A model generated the notes under the pieces. It had not been told where the DNA came from. It ran no database searches and saw only the letters and a list, made by a program, of their open reading frames with translations. The position numbers and the translations under genes are program-made. A stretch of 63,376 nucleotides of DNA, filler included, from Octopus bimaculoides (lineage: Eukaryota), in NCBI RefSeq assembly GCF_001194135.2. It is 5 parts of 5 records of this genome, joined end to end, with 100 filler letters (N's around TTAATTAATTAA, not from the genome) between each part and the next. Parts side by side here need not be neighbours in the genome. Positions count along the whole stretch, not along the records: positions 23,765 to 48,832 come from NC_069006.1; positions 48,933 to 58,704 come from NC_068999.1; 3 more parts are not named here. One strand, given 5' to 3'. Each line of letters opens with the position of its first letter. Within the stretch, counting starts at the first letter, position 1. Shown piece after piece: positions 36,977 to 49,917 of this stretch.

Positions 36977-38050
36977 CTGAAATATAACTTTTATAAGTAA
37001 TATTCTAAAGGAATATATAACTGAACTTATGTTGAGTGCTCAATTATCTTGAGCAAATAAATGTGTATATATGTGTTTTTATATCATTAATAAATTTGTA
37101 GAACACATCAATAATATATTCAGGAAATCAATATTTAATATTTTGAATTTTGAAAGATATACATCCAACATAACATGGTAGCATAATAAATTTAAAAGTT
37201 TAAAACATAAATATACGGAATATAAATACTAATACATATAAAAATCTAAAAATAGATAAATATATGTTTAAATATATATGCATATAAAAATTTATGTGTA
37301 AATAAACATGAATATTATANNNNNNNNNNNNNNNNNNNNNNNNNNNNNNNNNNNNNNNNNNNNNNNNNNNNNNNNNNNNNNNNNNNNNNNNNNNNNNNNN
37401 NNNNNNNNNNNNNNNNNNNNNNNNNNNNNNNNNNNNNNNNNNNNNNNNNNNNNNNNNNNNNNNNNNNNNNNNNNNNNNNNNNNNNNNNNNNNNNNNNNNN
37501 NNNNNNNNNNNNNNNNNNNNNNNNNNNNNNNNNNNNNNNNNNNNNNNNNNNNNNNNNNNNNNNNNNNNNNNNNNNNNNNNNNNNNNNNNNNNNNNNNNNN
37601 NNNNNNNNNNNNNNNNNNNNNNNNNNNNNNNNNNNNNNNNNNNNNNNNNNNNNNNNNNNNNNNNNNNNNNNNNNNNNNNNNNNNNNNNNNNNNNNNNNNN
37701 NNNNNNNNNNNNNNNNNNNNNNNNNNNNNNNNNNNNNNNNNNNNNNNNNNNNNNNNNNNNNNNNNNNNNNNNNNNNNNNNNNNNNNNNNNNNNNNNNNNN
37801 NNNNNNNNNNNNNNNNNNNNNNNNNNNNNNNNNNNNNNNNNNNNNNNNNNNNNNNNNNNNNNNNNNNNNNNNNNNNNNNNNNNNNNNNNNNNNNNNNNNN
37901 NNNNNNNNNNNNNNNNNNNNNNNNNNNNNNNNNNNNNNNNNNNNNNNNNNNNNNNNNNNNNNNNNNNNNNNNNNNNNNNNNNNNNNACCATTTATCATCA
38001 TAAATATAAGGGATTAGCAATTGAGTTGCTTCTCCAACATACTGAAAATT

Positions 38051-38086
<36 letters not shown>

Positions 38087-38589
38087 AATATATGAGTATA
38101 TGCATATATATGTACATATAGTTACATATCTGGGTACATGACGTTGCAAAAGAACATGGACAAAATGATAAACAATGTACAAAAAACAAGCAGGCCACAT
38201 AGAGAACATATCCTTCATCAGCTGCCACCATTAAAACACTGGCGTTTCGAAGAGTTAGGGCAGGACGCATTGTTAAAATGGCTCTTCCCACGAACACAAA
38301 TTAAATTTTTTTCATGGAGGAAAGTGGCATATATATACATATATATACGCACATACACAGATATATTGCTCTCTCTTTCTATATACACACACTTGAGACT
38401 ATATGCAATTATATATTTGCATGCATGTACACACACATACACACACACAGAGCAAGCTTCTTTTAGTCTCCAGCACCCAGATCCAAATACAAGGTAAAAA
38501 AAAAATTTTTTTAAAGGGACGAAATAAATGGCTGTTAAAGAAGAGAAGGATTATTAAAGAAAGTCAAGGATGTCTTGGAGATTATTTAC

Positions 38590-38884
38590 CTGCAGCCTCC
38601 AAGTTTGGAAGAATAGTTCTTGTGGTTTTGATGCTTTACAAATCCTGGCGGCGGCCCTTTTTGCCGTTGCTGTGGTTGTTTGTACGCAGCAGCGGAAGTG
38701 TTTGGTAGCGTGGTCACTGGCCTTTGTGGATGCATGTGCATGAGGGAGGCTGGCTGTTTGCTGAAGGACTGACCCGATGGAAGGGTCTGTGGCAGTAAAG
38801 GCTGGATCTGTTGTTGACCACCACCACCACGGTAACAGGACTGCTGCTGCTGGTTGGGATGCGGCAATATCTGCTCTTTAGCAC
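38590..38884 (-). CDS. Internal exon, Gln/Pro-rich segment (…AKEQILPHPNQQQQ…QKGPPPGFVKHQNHKNYSSKLGGC) of XRN1-like gene
   Basis: Acceptor tttctgttcttgctgcag| and donor CAG|GTAAAT bound a 295-nt open, non-microsatellite frame; starts phase 1, ends phase 2. Assignment to the same gene is by position and strand. Confidence 0.65.
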
Positions 38885-39014
38885 CTGCAGCAAGAACAGA
38901 AAATATAATATATATATGTGTGTGTATATATATATGTGTGTGTGTGTGTGCGTATATATATGTATATGTGTATCTATATATTGTGTGTATATATATTATA
39001 TATAAGTGTGTGTG

Positions 39015-39053
<39 letters not shown>

Positions 39054-39642
39054 NNNNNNNNNNNNNNNNNNNNNNNNNNNNNNNNNNNNNNNNNNNNNNN
39101 NNNNNNNNNNNNNNNNNNNNNNNNNNNNNNNNNNNNNNNNNNNNNNNNTCGCCTGACTGGCTTTCGTGCTGGTGGCACGTAAAAGCACCCACTACACTCT
39201 CGGAGTGGTTGGTGTTAGGAAGAGCATCCAGCTGTAAAAACTCTACCAGATCAGATTGGAGCCTGGTACAGCCATCTGGTTTGCCAGTCCTCAGTCAAAT
39301 CGTCCAACCCATGCTAGCATGGAAAGCGGACGTTAAAGATGATATATATATATATATATATATACATATACAGACACACACACTCATATATAATATGACG
39401 TTAAAAGATGAGGATATATATACACCAGGAAATACCAGACCACTTCTTAAGTATTAATCAACTGACAGACAAAGCAGCACATTGAACAAACAATTGATCA
39501 GTCAGTTGGTTTGATATTTAACCAATTGACTAACACTAAAGAAATGGAATTGAGTCTGCGTTTTTATTACTGTTGTTAGGACTCTCCCAAGACACAACGA
39601 AATTGCTTTCAACACAGGAATTCACAGAAAAAAACGAAATAA

Positions 39643-39685
<43 letters not shown>

Positions 39686-39703
39686 TACATATACATATAT
39701 ATA

Positions 39704-39908
39704 TTAGGTTGGTGCATAATTATTGCGGCTTTTTTGCAATAAATTTTATTCAACAAAAAATTTTAACAAAATGCCAAGCAGAAATTCAAGAGGATGGTGA
39801 ATATGCTGCGGAATAATCATTTAAAGATGATTTTTGTTAAATGTTGTTATTGTTTTTGTTGAATAAAATTTAGCGAAAAAAAGCTGCAATAATTATGCAC
39901 CAACCAAA
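39704..39908. mobile_element. Mariner-derived MITE with Made1/Hsmar1-like TIRs
   Basis: TIRs ttaggttggtgcataattattgc(g)gctttttt / aaaaaaagctgcaataattatgcaccaacc, flanked by TA. Confidence 0.8.
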
Positions 39909-39916
39909 TACATATG

Positions 39917-39953
<37 letters not shown>

Positions 39954-41289
39954 NNNNNNNNNNNNNNNNNNNNNNNNNNNNNNNNNNNNNNNNNNNNNNN
40001 NNNNNNNNNNNNNNNNNNNNNNNNNNNNNNNNNNNNNNNNNNNNNNNNNNNNNNNNNNNNNNNNNNNNNNNNNNNNNNNNNNNNNNNNNNNNNNNNNNNN
40101 NNNNNNNNNNNNNNNNNNNNNNNNNNNNNNNNNNNNNNNNNNNNNNNNNNNNNNNNNNNNNNNNNNNNNNNNNNNNNNNNNNNNNNNNNNNNNNNNNNNN
40201 NNNNNNNNNNNNNNNNNNNNNNNNNNNNNNNNNNNNNNNNNNNNNNNNNNNNNNNNNNNNNNNNNNNNNNNNNNNNNNNNNNNNNNNNNNNNNNNNNNNN
40301 NNNNNNNNNNNNNNNNNNNNNNNNNNNNNNNNNNNNNNNNNNNNNNNNNNNNNNNNNNNNNNNNNNNNNNNNNNNNNNNNNNNNNNNNNNNNNNNNNNNN
40401 NNNNNNNNNNNNNNNNNNNNNNNNNNNNNNNNNNNNNNNNNNNNNNNNNNNNNNNNNNNNNNNNNNNNNNNNNNNNNNNNNNNNNNNNNNNNNNNNNNNN
40501 NNNNNNNNNNNNNNNNNNNNNNNNNNNNNNNNNNNNNNNNNNNNNNNNNNNNNNNNNNNNNNNNNNNNNNNNNNNNNNNNNNNNNNNNNNNNNNNNNNNN
40601 NNNNNNNNNNNNNNNNNNNNNNNNNNNNNNNNNNNNNNNNNNNNNNNNNNNNNNNNNNNNNNNNNNNNNNNNNNNNNNNNNNNNNNNNNNNNNNNNNNNN
40701 NNNNNNNATATATATGTATGTATATAAAGGCAATTAGAAAATTAGGGGAAAACGTTTTTCCTTAACAGAATTTACTCTATCCAGAGGACAAACACATTGA
40801 ATTTTTCCCTAACTTCAATTTCTTTAACCCTTTAAGCATTTAAACCAGCCAAAATATTCTCCTTGCTTTATATTCAGATAGGAGAGATTTGATCTCTCAC
40901 ACCTGTCCTACAATGTCATTCTACAAATGAACAATCACATCATCAAAACCTCAAAGCTATGAGATAATGGATGATTAATTCAAAGCAGGATGGATAAATA
41001 CATTTGACAGAGGAGTAAACTGAATGCTAATGGGTTCAAGATGCATTTCAACAACAAACGTGCAACACCAAATAACACAGCAGATACAAATATCAATATT
41101 GAATATAATCCTTTATTTTGTTTGTCATTTCATAGGAATCATGTAACCAAAAGGGTCACATGATACAGCGTCTCTACCTTCTTTTTCACCCTCTCTTTTA
41201 CTTGCAATTCCATTTTTCTTTCCTTGCTCTTTCTAACAATGGTAATGCCTGTTCCCTCCCTTTCTCTCTCTTCATACAGGTGCAACTTC

Positions 41290-41385
<96 letters not shown>

Positions 41386-43498
41386 TTCTAGCTGCCTCTC
41401 CACACACTCCCTACTTCCCCTTTCCTGCCACTCTTCCTCTTATTTAGGGGTGGTTAGAGAGGAAGGAGGTGTTTTAACTCCTCATGGGTGTTGTCAGAAC
41501 CTCTGTCAACAAACCAGACAATTAAAAGCCATATTTTCAGTGTGGGTGCTCATGCATGGATAGCCGAACTCAGCTCACCAATTTTACTAATATTTATTTT
41601 ATCGTGAAAAAGAATTAGAATTTAGACTCAAGTGTTGTGGGTGGCTGGGTTTGTGCAGGGTGTATAAAGAAGAGCTCTGTAGAAATTAAGCTTTGCACTT
41701 AGGCTCTGCAGCTAGCTTACACAAACACACGATGGGCTTCCATACAGTTTCCATCTAGCAAATTCACTCCCAAGGCATTGGTCAGACTGAGGCTTTAGTA
41801 GAAGACACTTGCCCAAGGTGCCACGCAGTGGGACTGAACCCAGAACCATGAAGTTTCAAAGCAAGTTTCTTAACTATACAGCCATGCCTTTATACAATGT
41901 TGATGTCGAGACCTCAATGTCGGAGATGCTGGCACGGTTGATGGGATTAGGGTTTTGTGAAATGGGAAATGATGTTCAGAGAACTGTACAACGGACGTAC
42001 ATAGATACTCGTACAGAGAAGTACAAATTTGCAGGTATGGACTCCGGAAAACAAGGCAAAAAGAGCATAAAAAAATAGGAAAAGATACAAAAACAGAATA
42101 TCGGGAAATCTAGAAATCACAACACTAAGAAGAAGAACAACAACAGAGAAAAAACAAGAACAGCAGCCCAGACTACTTGCATGTTTTGGGATATAGGGAC
42201 CAATTTATATATATTAGAAGGAGGGAGAGAGAAGGGTGGATGCAGCTTACTTCTGTAGGTAACAGAATGACCCTCTAATGAACCCATCTGAGACCACCTT
42301 TGGTTCCTGGATATAAACTTTGTTCTAAAATGATCCAAATTAAAAGTTTCCATCAAAATTTCATGTTAATTTATGATCCAAACATCAGCTTGATAATGAC
42401 AAAAGGTATTTTATTAAATTCTTTATTATTTTCAAAATAAATTGAAACAAAGTCAGAATATTTCAACTAAAATATGGTAACAAAAGGGTTAAAGTGATCT
42501 AAATTAAAACCATCCATCAAAATTCCATGTTAATTTATGTCCTGAACCTGAGCTTAATAATCCTTTCTACTAAAGGCACAAGGCCTGAAATTTTGGGGGA
42601 GGGGACTAGTCGATTACAACTGACCTCACTGACCCCTGTGTTTCACTGGTATTTAATTTATCAACCCTGAAAGGATGAAAAGTAAGTTGACCTTGGTGGA
42701 ATTTGAACTCAGAACATGGCGGCAGACAAAATACTGCTAAGCATTTTGCCTGGCATGCTAACGACCCGAGCTTAATAATCATTTATTTTATTCATTTCTT
42801 CGTTATTTTCAAAGTTAATTGAAATCAAGGTAGTTTATTTCAACAAAAATATGCTAACAAAAGAGTTAAAGTGATCTAAACTAAAAACCTTTCATCAAAA
42901 ATTTCATGATTTATGTTCCAAACCCCAGATTAATAACGACAAAGTTATTTTACAAAATTAATTGAAATAAATGCTGTGTTTCAACTGAAATTTGGTAGCA
43001 AAAAGAGAGTTAATGAGTGCTTTGTCGGTATGCAGTGCTGACCTCATGGCTTCTCTAGGTAAAGCTCATTCATGCGAAAACAAACAATCATGGCAACTAT
43101 ACCAGCCACAAGACAACAGTAAGAAGAAGAACAACAAAGACACCAGACAGCAACAACAACAACAATACACTTTACATGAATAAATAAAATTTCAAAAGAA
43201 AACTCCTTGGTATGTTTAAGGTTCATTATTCGATTACTGCATAGGTTTGGAAGGGGAAGGGGTTATTTAAAAGGTGGGATTTAACAACTGGATGCTCTTC
43301 CTGTCACCAAGTCTTATTAGTTTCCAAAGAAGGGATTTTTTTCAATATTTTATTCCAGGAGTTTTTGAAAGCAGAAAGCAATTGGTCATAATGCCAACAA
43401 GGAATGTCAACATCATCACTGCTTTGGACAACCAGTGACAAGCATGGAACGTCAACAGTCATAGACACCTTTGCATGCATACACACACGCACAATCAT

Positions 43499-43559
<61 letters not shown>

Positions 43560-44777
43560 TGCATACATATACACACATGCATATATATATATATATATAT
43601 ANNNNNNNNNNNNNNNNNNNNNNNNNNNNNNNNNNNNNNNNNNNNNNNNNNNNNNNNNNNNNNNNNNNNNNNNNNNNNNNNNNNNNNNNNNNNNNNNNNN
43701 NNNNNNNNNNNNNNNNNNNNNNNNNNNNNNNNNNNNNNNNNNNNNNNNNNNNNNNNNNNNNNNNNNNNNNNNNNNNNNNNNNNNNNNNNNNNNNNNNNNN
43801 NNNNNNNNNNNNNNNNNNNNNNNNNNNNNNNNNNNNNNNNNNNNNNNNNNNNNNNNNNNNNNNNNNNNNNNNNNNNNNNNNNNNNNNNNNNNNNNNNNNN
43901 NNNNNNNNNNNNNNNNNNNNNNNNNNNNNNNNNNNNNNNNNNNNNNNNNNNNNNNNNNNNNNNNNNNNNNNNNNNNNNNNNNNNNNNNNNNNNNNNNNNN
44001 NNNNNNNNNNNNNNNNNNNNNNNNNNNNNNNNNNNNNNNNNNNNNNNNNNNNNNNNNNNNNNNNNNNNNNNNNNNNNNNNNNNNNNNNNNNNNNNNNNNN
44101 NNNNNNNNNNNNNNNNNNNNNNNNNNNNNNNNNNNNNNNNNNNNNNNNNNNNNNNNNNNNNNNNNNNNNNNNNNNNNNNNNNNNNNNNNNNNNNNNNNNN
44201 NNNNNNNNNNNNNNNNNNNNNNNNNNNNNNNNNNNNNNNNNNNNNNNNNNNNNNNNNNNNNNNNNNNNNNNNNNNNNNNNNNNNNNNNNNNNNNNNNNNN
44301 NNNNNNNNNNNNNNNNNNNNNNNNNNNNNNNNNNNNNNNNNNNNNNNNNNNNNNNNNNNNNNNNNNNNNNNNNNNNNNNNNNNNNNNNNNNNNNNNNNNN
44401 NNNNNNNNNNNNNNNNNNNNNNNNNNNNNNNNNNNNNNNNNNNNNNNNNNNNNNNNNNNNNNNNNNNNNNNNNNNNNNNNNNNNNNNNNNNNNNNNNNNN
44501 NNNNNNNNNNNNNNNNNNNNNNNNNNNNTAATCAAGTTCAGGTAGATTCGTTATCTTTTCCTTTTTTGCCTTTGTGGAAGTCGTATTTTAGTAGAGAAAT
44601 AGTAGTTTTGGCTGCTATTTCTAATTTTCGGTGTGTGGTGAAGCAATACTGGCTGAACCCTAAATTTTAAATTGTGTTTATATATTTACCGATAATGGTT
44701 TTTAACACACAAAACTACTTGGTAAAATTACTAATTATCAATTAATTATTAATTTTTACCCTATGTCTGTATGAGTT

Positions 44778-44841
<64 letters not shown>

Positions 44842-46239
44842 CACAAGCACACACGTATCTTATTCAAACAGAACTTAATTTCTCTTACAGGTCTCACACA
44901 TATATACACTCCTTTAAACATGTATGTAGAATCACATAACACACTAGTTCTTTCTGTACACATGCACACACACACAATGGGCTTTCTCACAGTTTCTAAG
45001 CTACCAAATTCACTCACCAAGCCTCGGTTGAGTTGAAGCCATAATAAAAGACATTTGGCCAAAGTGCCATGCAAGTGGGACTGAACCTAAAACCAAATGG
45101 TTGCAAAGCAAGCTTCTTAACCACACAGCCAAACCTAGCACCTGTACTCACAAGATATTTTTAACTCAAAACCCATGAAACGCCCAGATAAGTTTACGCA
45201 ACAAGACACCCAGGCCTGGTTTCGATTTCATCGTAAATCTGTATGTGACTGTGGGGTTAAGATGTTCACTTCTTTATCACATGGTTCCAGGTTCATTCCC
45301 ACTGCATGGCAAGTGTCTTCTGATATAGCCCTGGGCCAACCAAAGCCTTGTAAATGAATCTGGAAGACAGAAACTAAAAGAGGCATACCATACGTGTGTA
45401 TATCAGTGTGTGTGTGTGTGTTCCACTTTCTGTCTTGACATGATACTTGGGAATGAATGTCGATTTCAACCATCATACAAGGAGTGTCCATTACCAGTCA
45501 CCCATGGAAAACATATCTGGCCAGGGGGAAATTTTTCCTTACTTGGAAAAATAGGTAAAGGTCAGTGACAGGAAGGGCATCCGGCTGTTGAAGAATCAGG
45601 CTCAACGAATTCTGTCTGATCCATGCAGACATGGAAAAGTGGAAGTAAAACAATGATGTTGAATGAGTTCTGGAATGGGTCTGGGACTGAATGACACCCA
45701 ACAAAATTGAAAATGTGATCCTTTGACCCTTTTATACCAACTTGACAGAGATTGCCCCTGGCCCTAAGATTCAAAATTTTATGTTCATTTATGTTCCAAA
45801 CACCAGCTTAATGATAACAATGTTATTTTTACTAAATTCATTATTTTCAAAATTAACCAAAACAATTAAGTGTGTTTTAATAGTGATATGTTAACTAAAG
45901 GCTTAAAGTGATCTAAATTAAAACCTTCCATCAAAATTTCATGTTAATTTAAGTTCCAAACTCCAGCCTAAGAAGGATAAAGTTATTTTACTAAATTCTA
46001 TTTTCAAAATAAACTGAAACCAAAGTCAAGAAAGGAGGGACAATGCCCACGACCCTTTGCAGGGTCTCTGATGGGAGAAAGATATCCTCAAACCAGGGAG
46101 CCGGCCTGAATGCCTACAGTGTAATGCATTCTGCTAAAGGCACCAAGGTATCATGGTACCTAGGGTGATGGGTTAAATTTACCATCCAAGTAGGTAGGCC
46201 ATGGTAGGATTTGAAATTAGAACACAGTCTGGCGATCCG

Positions 46240-46520
46240 TCAGTTACGTTGACGAGGGTTCCAGTTGATCCAATCAATAGAACAGCCTGCTTGTGAAATT
46301 AACGTGCAAGCGGCTGAGTACTCCACAGACATGTACTTTTAACGTAGTTTCACAGGGAGATTCAGCGTGATACAGAATATGACAAGGTTGGCCCTTTGAA
46401 ATACAGGTACTACTCATTTTTGCCAGCTGAGTGGACTGGAGCAGTGTGAAATAAAGGATGCAACATGTCACCAGGAATAGAACTCACGACCTTATGATCA
46501 GGAATTGAACACCCTGACCA
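46240..46520 (+). mobile_element. Interspersed repeat/SINE body also present at 6640-6870
   Basis: Shared gacgag(g)gtt?ccag…ggaacagc..gc..gtgaaattaa.gtgcaag.ggctgag.actccacagaca…gacaagg.tggccctttgaaatacagg. Confidence 0.7.
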
Positions 46521-48206
46521 CTAAGCCATGCACCTTCAAAGAACACAATAAAGCTGGAGGAAATACCACAAGGTATCTGGCCTGACATCCACAGTCATGG
46601 ATTGTTAATTGTTTAATCGATCCCTGAAAAGGATGAGAGGCAAAGTAGACCTTGGTGGGATTTGAACTCAGAAAACAAGATATGAGAACAACAACTGCTG
46701 CAAGATATCCTGTCCGACATTGTAATGACTGCAAAATCAACCCACCGTAAATTTACCTTTAACACACTTAGGAGCATCATAGTGCCATATGAGAGAGGAG
46801 ATAACTCACACAGTGACATGATGAGTCTACAGCATGCTAAAGGTTAATTAAATAAATGAATAAACAAAAGTTTTGAATTTTGGCACAAGGCCAGCAAGTT
46901 TTAGGCAGAGAAGGATAGTCATTCACATTGACACCAGTAATTTACTGGTACTGTATTTTACTGACACTGAAAGAATAAAAGGCTAAGTCCATCTTGGAAG
47001 TATTTGAACATAGAACATAAAGAACTAGAGGAAATGCTAAGCATTTTGTCTGACACACCAACAATTCTGCCAGCTCGTCGCCATAATAATAATAATCCTT
47101 TCTACTAAAAGGCACAAGGCCTGAAAATTGGGGGAAGAGGACTAGTCAACTATATCGACCCCAGTGTTTTACTGGTACTTAATTTATCAATCCCGAATTT
47201 GAACTCAGAACATAATAGTAATTCTTTCTACTGTAGGTATAAGGCCTGAAATTTTGAGGAAGGAGCCAGTTAGTTACATCGCCCNNNNNNNNNNNNNNNN
47301 NNNNNNNNNNNNNNNNNNNNNNNNNNNNNNNNNNNNNNNNNNNNNNNNNNNNNNNNNNNNNNNNNNNNNNNNNNNNNNNNNNNNNNNNNNNNNNNNNNNN
47401 NNNNNNNNNNNNNNNNNNNNNNNNNNNNNNNNNNNNNNNNNNNNNNNNNNNNNNNNNNNNNNNNNNNNNNNNNNNNNNNNNNNNNNNNNNNNNNNNNNNN
47501 NNNNNNNNNNNNNNNNNNNNNNNNNNNNNNNNNNNNNNNNNNNNNNNNNNNNNNNNNNNNNNNNNNNNNNNNNNNNNNNNNNNNNNNNNNNNNNNNNNNN
47601 NNNNNNNNNNNNNNNNNNNNNNNNNNNNNNNNNNNNNNNNNNNNNNNNNNNNNNNNNNNNNNNNNNNNNNNNNNNNNNNNNNNNNNNNNNNNNNNNNNNN
47701 NNNNNNNNNNNNNNNNNNNNNNNNNNNNNNNNNNNNNNNNNNNNNNNNNNNNNNNNNNNNNNNNNNNNNNNNNNNNNNNNNNNNNNNNNNNNNNNNNNNN
47801 NNNNNNNNNNNNNNNNNNNNNNNNNNNNNNNNNNNNNNNNNNNNNNNNNNNNNNNNNNNNNNNNNNNNNNNNNNNNNNNNNNNNNNNNNNNNNNNNNNNN
47901 NNNNNNNNNNNNNNNNNNNNNNNNNNNNNNNNNNNNNNNNNNNNNNNNNNNNNNNNNNNNNNNNNNNNNNNNNNNNNNNNNNNNNNNNNNNNNNNNNNNN
48001 NNNNNNNNNNNNNNNNNNNNNNNNNNNNNACATGCTATAAATGATGAAAAGCATGAGCCAAAAAAAGAGCAAAAAAAAGGATTTCTATAGATTTTTTTTT
48101 TCTTTTTTTTTTTTGTAACTTACTCTTCTTGGAAAACCTCCGATAAGCTAGCATGATGGGAAAGAAAAATCAGATATAGACAGCTGATATGGAGACAGAG
48201 TGTGCG

Positions 48207-48246
<40 letters not shown>

Positions 48247-48368
48247 TTAAAGACTGCTTACATACTGTAACACATACAAAGGGACCATTCTACACACAGT
48301 ACCATGACTAGGGACATGCTGTTTTAACCTGTATACATAAGCAAATGTATGCTGCTGCCACATAAGAA

Positions 48369-48656
48369 GCACCACTGATGGTGCCACGTAAAAAGCACCG
48401 GTGATGGTGCCACATGAAAAGCTCCGGTGATGGTGTCACATAAAAAGTGCTGGTTGATGGTGCCACGTAAAAAGCACTGGTGACGGTGCCACGTAAAAAG
48501 CGCTGGTGATGGTGCCATGTAAAAAGCACCAGTGATGGTGCCATGTAAAAAGCGCTGGTTGATGGTGCCACGTAAAAAGCACTGGTGACGGTGCCATGTA
48601 AAAAGCGCTGGTGATGGTGCCACGTAAAAAGCACTGGTGATGGTTCCACGTAAAAA
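48369..48656 (+). repeat. 26-27 bp minisatellite, 11 units, inside a SINE
   Basis: Consensus GCACTGGTGATGGTGCCACGTAAAAA. Confidence 0.9.
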
Positions 48657-48876
48657 GCACCCAGTAGACTCTGTAAAGTGGTTGGCATTAGGAAAGGCAT
48701 CCAGCCATAGAAACCATGCAAAAAGAGATATCGGAACCTGTTGTGGATCTTGTCAAACAATTCAACCCATGCCAGCATGGAAAATGAATGCTAAATAGTG
48801 ATGGTGATAATGCACCAGAATTCACTCAAACCNNNNNNNNNNNNNNNNNNNNNNNNNNNNNNNNNNNNNNNNNNNN

Positions 48877-48888
48877 TTAATTAATTAA
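48877..48888. other. Artificial TTAATTAATTAA linker inside an N gap (also 23709-23720, 58749-58760, 61100-61111)
   Basis: The identical 12-mer is isolated between N runs four times and gives stops in all six frames; an assembly or scaffold marker. Confidence 0.9.
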
Positions 48889-48977
48889 NNNNNNNNNNNN
48901 NNNNNNNNNNNNNNNNNNNNNNNNNNNNNNNNTGTGTACGTGGGTGTGTTTAGGTAGATCGAGTGTGTGTAAGAAAG

Positions 48978-49025
<48 letters not shown>

Positions 49026-49349
49026 GGAGACAGAGAGAGAGAGAGAGGGAGGGAGGACGAGCGAATATGTGTGAAAGTTTCAATCGAATCCAACCAGCGG
49101 TTCTTGAGATAGCTTGTCCACCAACAAACAAACAAACAAACGCGACTGAAAACAACATCTCCGCCTTAGCGGAGGTAGAGGTAACAAAGATGGCTGATAT
49201 TAATGCATGCAAGACTTCGCAACTCTAGCATTACTCATTCATAGTTAGCCCATGAACTTTTCAGCCCATTGTCGTCTATACACACACACGTATGCGTACA
49301 GTTGTTATATCTATATTTGCGTATATCTATCGATGTTATATCTCAGTAA

Positions 49350-49917
49350 ACGTTAGAAACATCGGCGAGAGAATTGACTTCAAATTTTGGTACAAGACCA
49401 GCAATTTCTGGGGAAGGCATAAGTCAATTGTATCAACCCCAGTGTATCACTGGTTCTTATTTTATCGACCCCGAAAGAAGGAAAGGCAAAGTCGACCTCA
49501 GCAGAATTTGAACTCAGAACCAGAAAGTAAAAACCGACGAAATGCCGATAAGCATTTCGCCTGGCGTGCTAACGATTCTTTTCTACTCTAGGCACAAGAC
49601 CCGAAATTCTTGGGGAGGGGGCCAGTCGATTAGATGGACACTAGTACGCAACTGGTACTTAATTTATCGACCCCAAAAGGATGAAAGGCAAAGTCGACCT
49701 CTGCGGAATTTGAACTCAGAACGTAAAGACAGACGAAATACCGCTAAGCATTTCGCCCGGCGTGCTAACGTTTCTTATTTCTTTATTGCCCACAAGGGGC
49801 TAAACATAGAGGGGATAAACATAGAGGGGATAAACAAGGACAGACAAAGGGATTAAGTCGATTATATCGACCCCTGTGCGTAACTGGTACTTATTTAATC
49901 GACCCCGAAAGGATGAA
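49350..49917 (-). mobile_element. Three nested/tandem copies of a SINE family (gttctgagttcaaattccgc…gtcgactttgcctttcatcc)
   Basis: Repeated atcgaccccgaaaggatgaaaggcaaagtcgacctc…gaatttgaactcagaac blocks. Same family at about 19140-19300, 20290-20960, 28490-28770, 33750-34250, 42560-42770 and 46600-47280. Confidence 0.8.

Noticed and set aside
38191-38214. Minus-strand RICSLCGL resembling recalled human XRN1 RICSLVGM, with a phase-compatible AG
   Set aside because: No polypyrimidine tract, preceded by stops, and the following sequence gives no plausible continuation; likely chance.
46757-46836. Minus-strand AG…GT-bounded open segment (CCRLIMSLCELSPLSYGTMMLLSVLK)
   Set aside because: The acceptor coincides with a ttaacctttagcat MITE end and the peptide matches nothing recognised.
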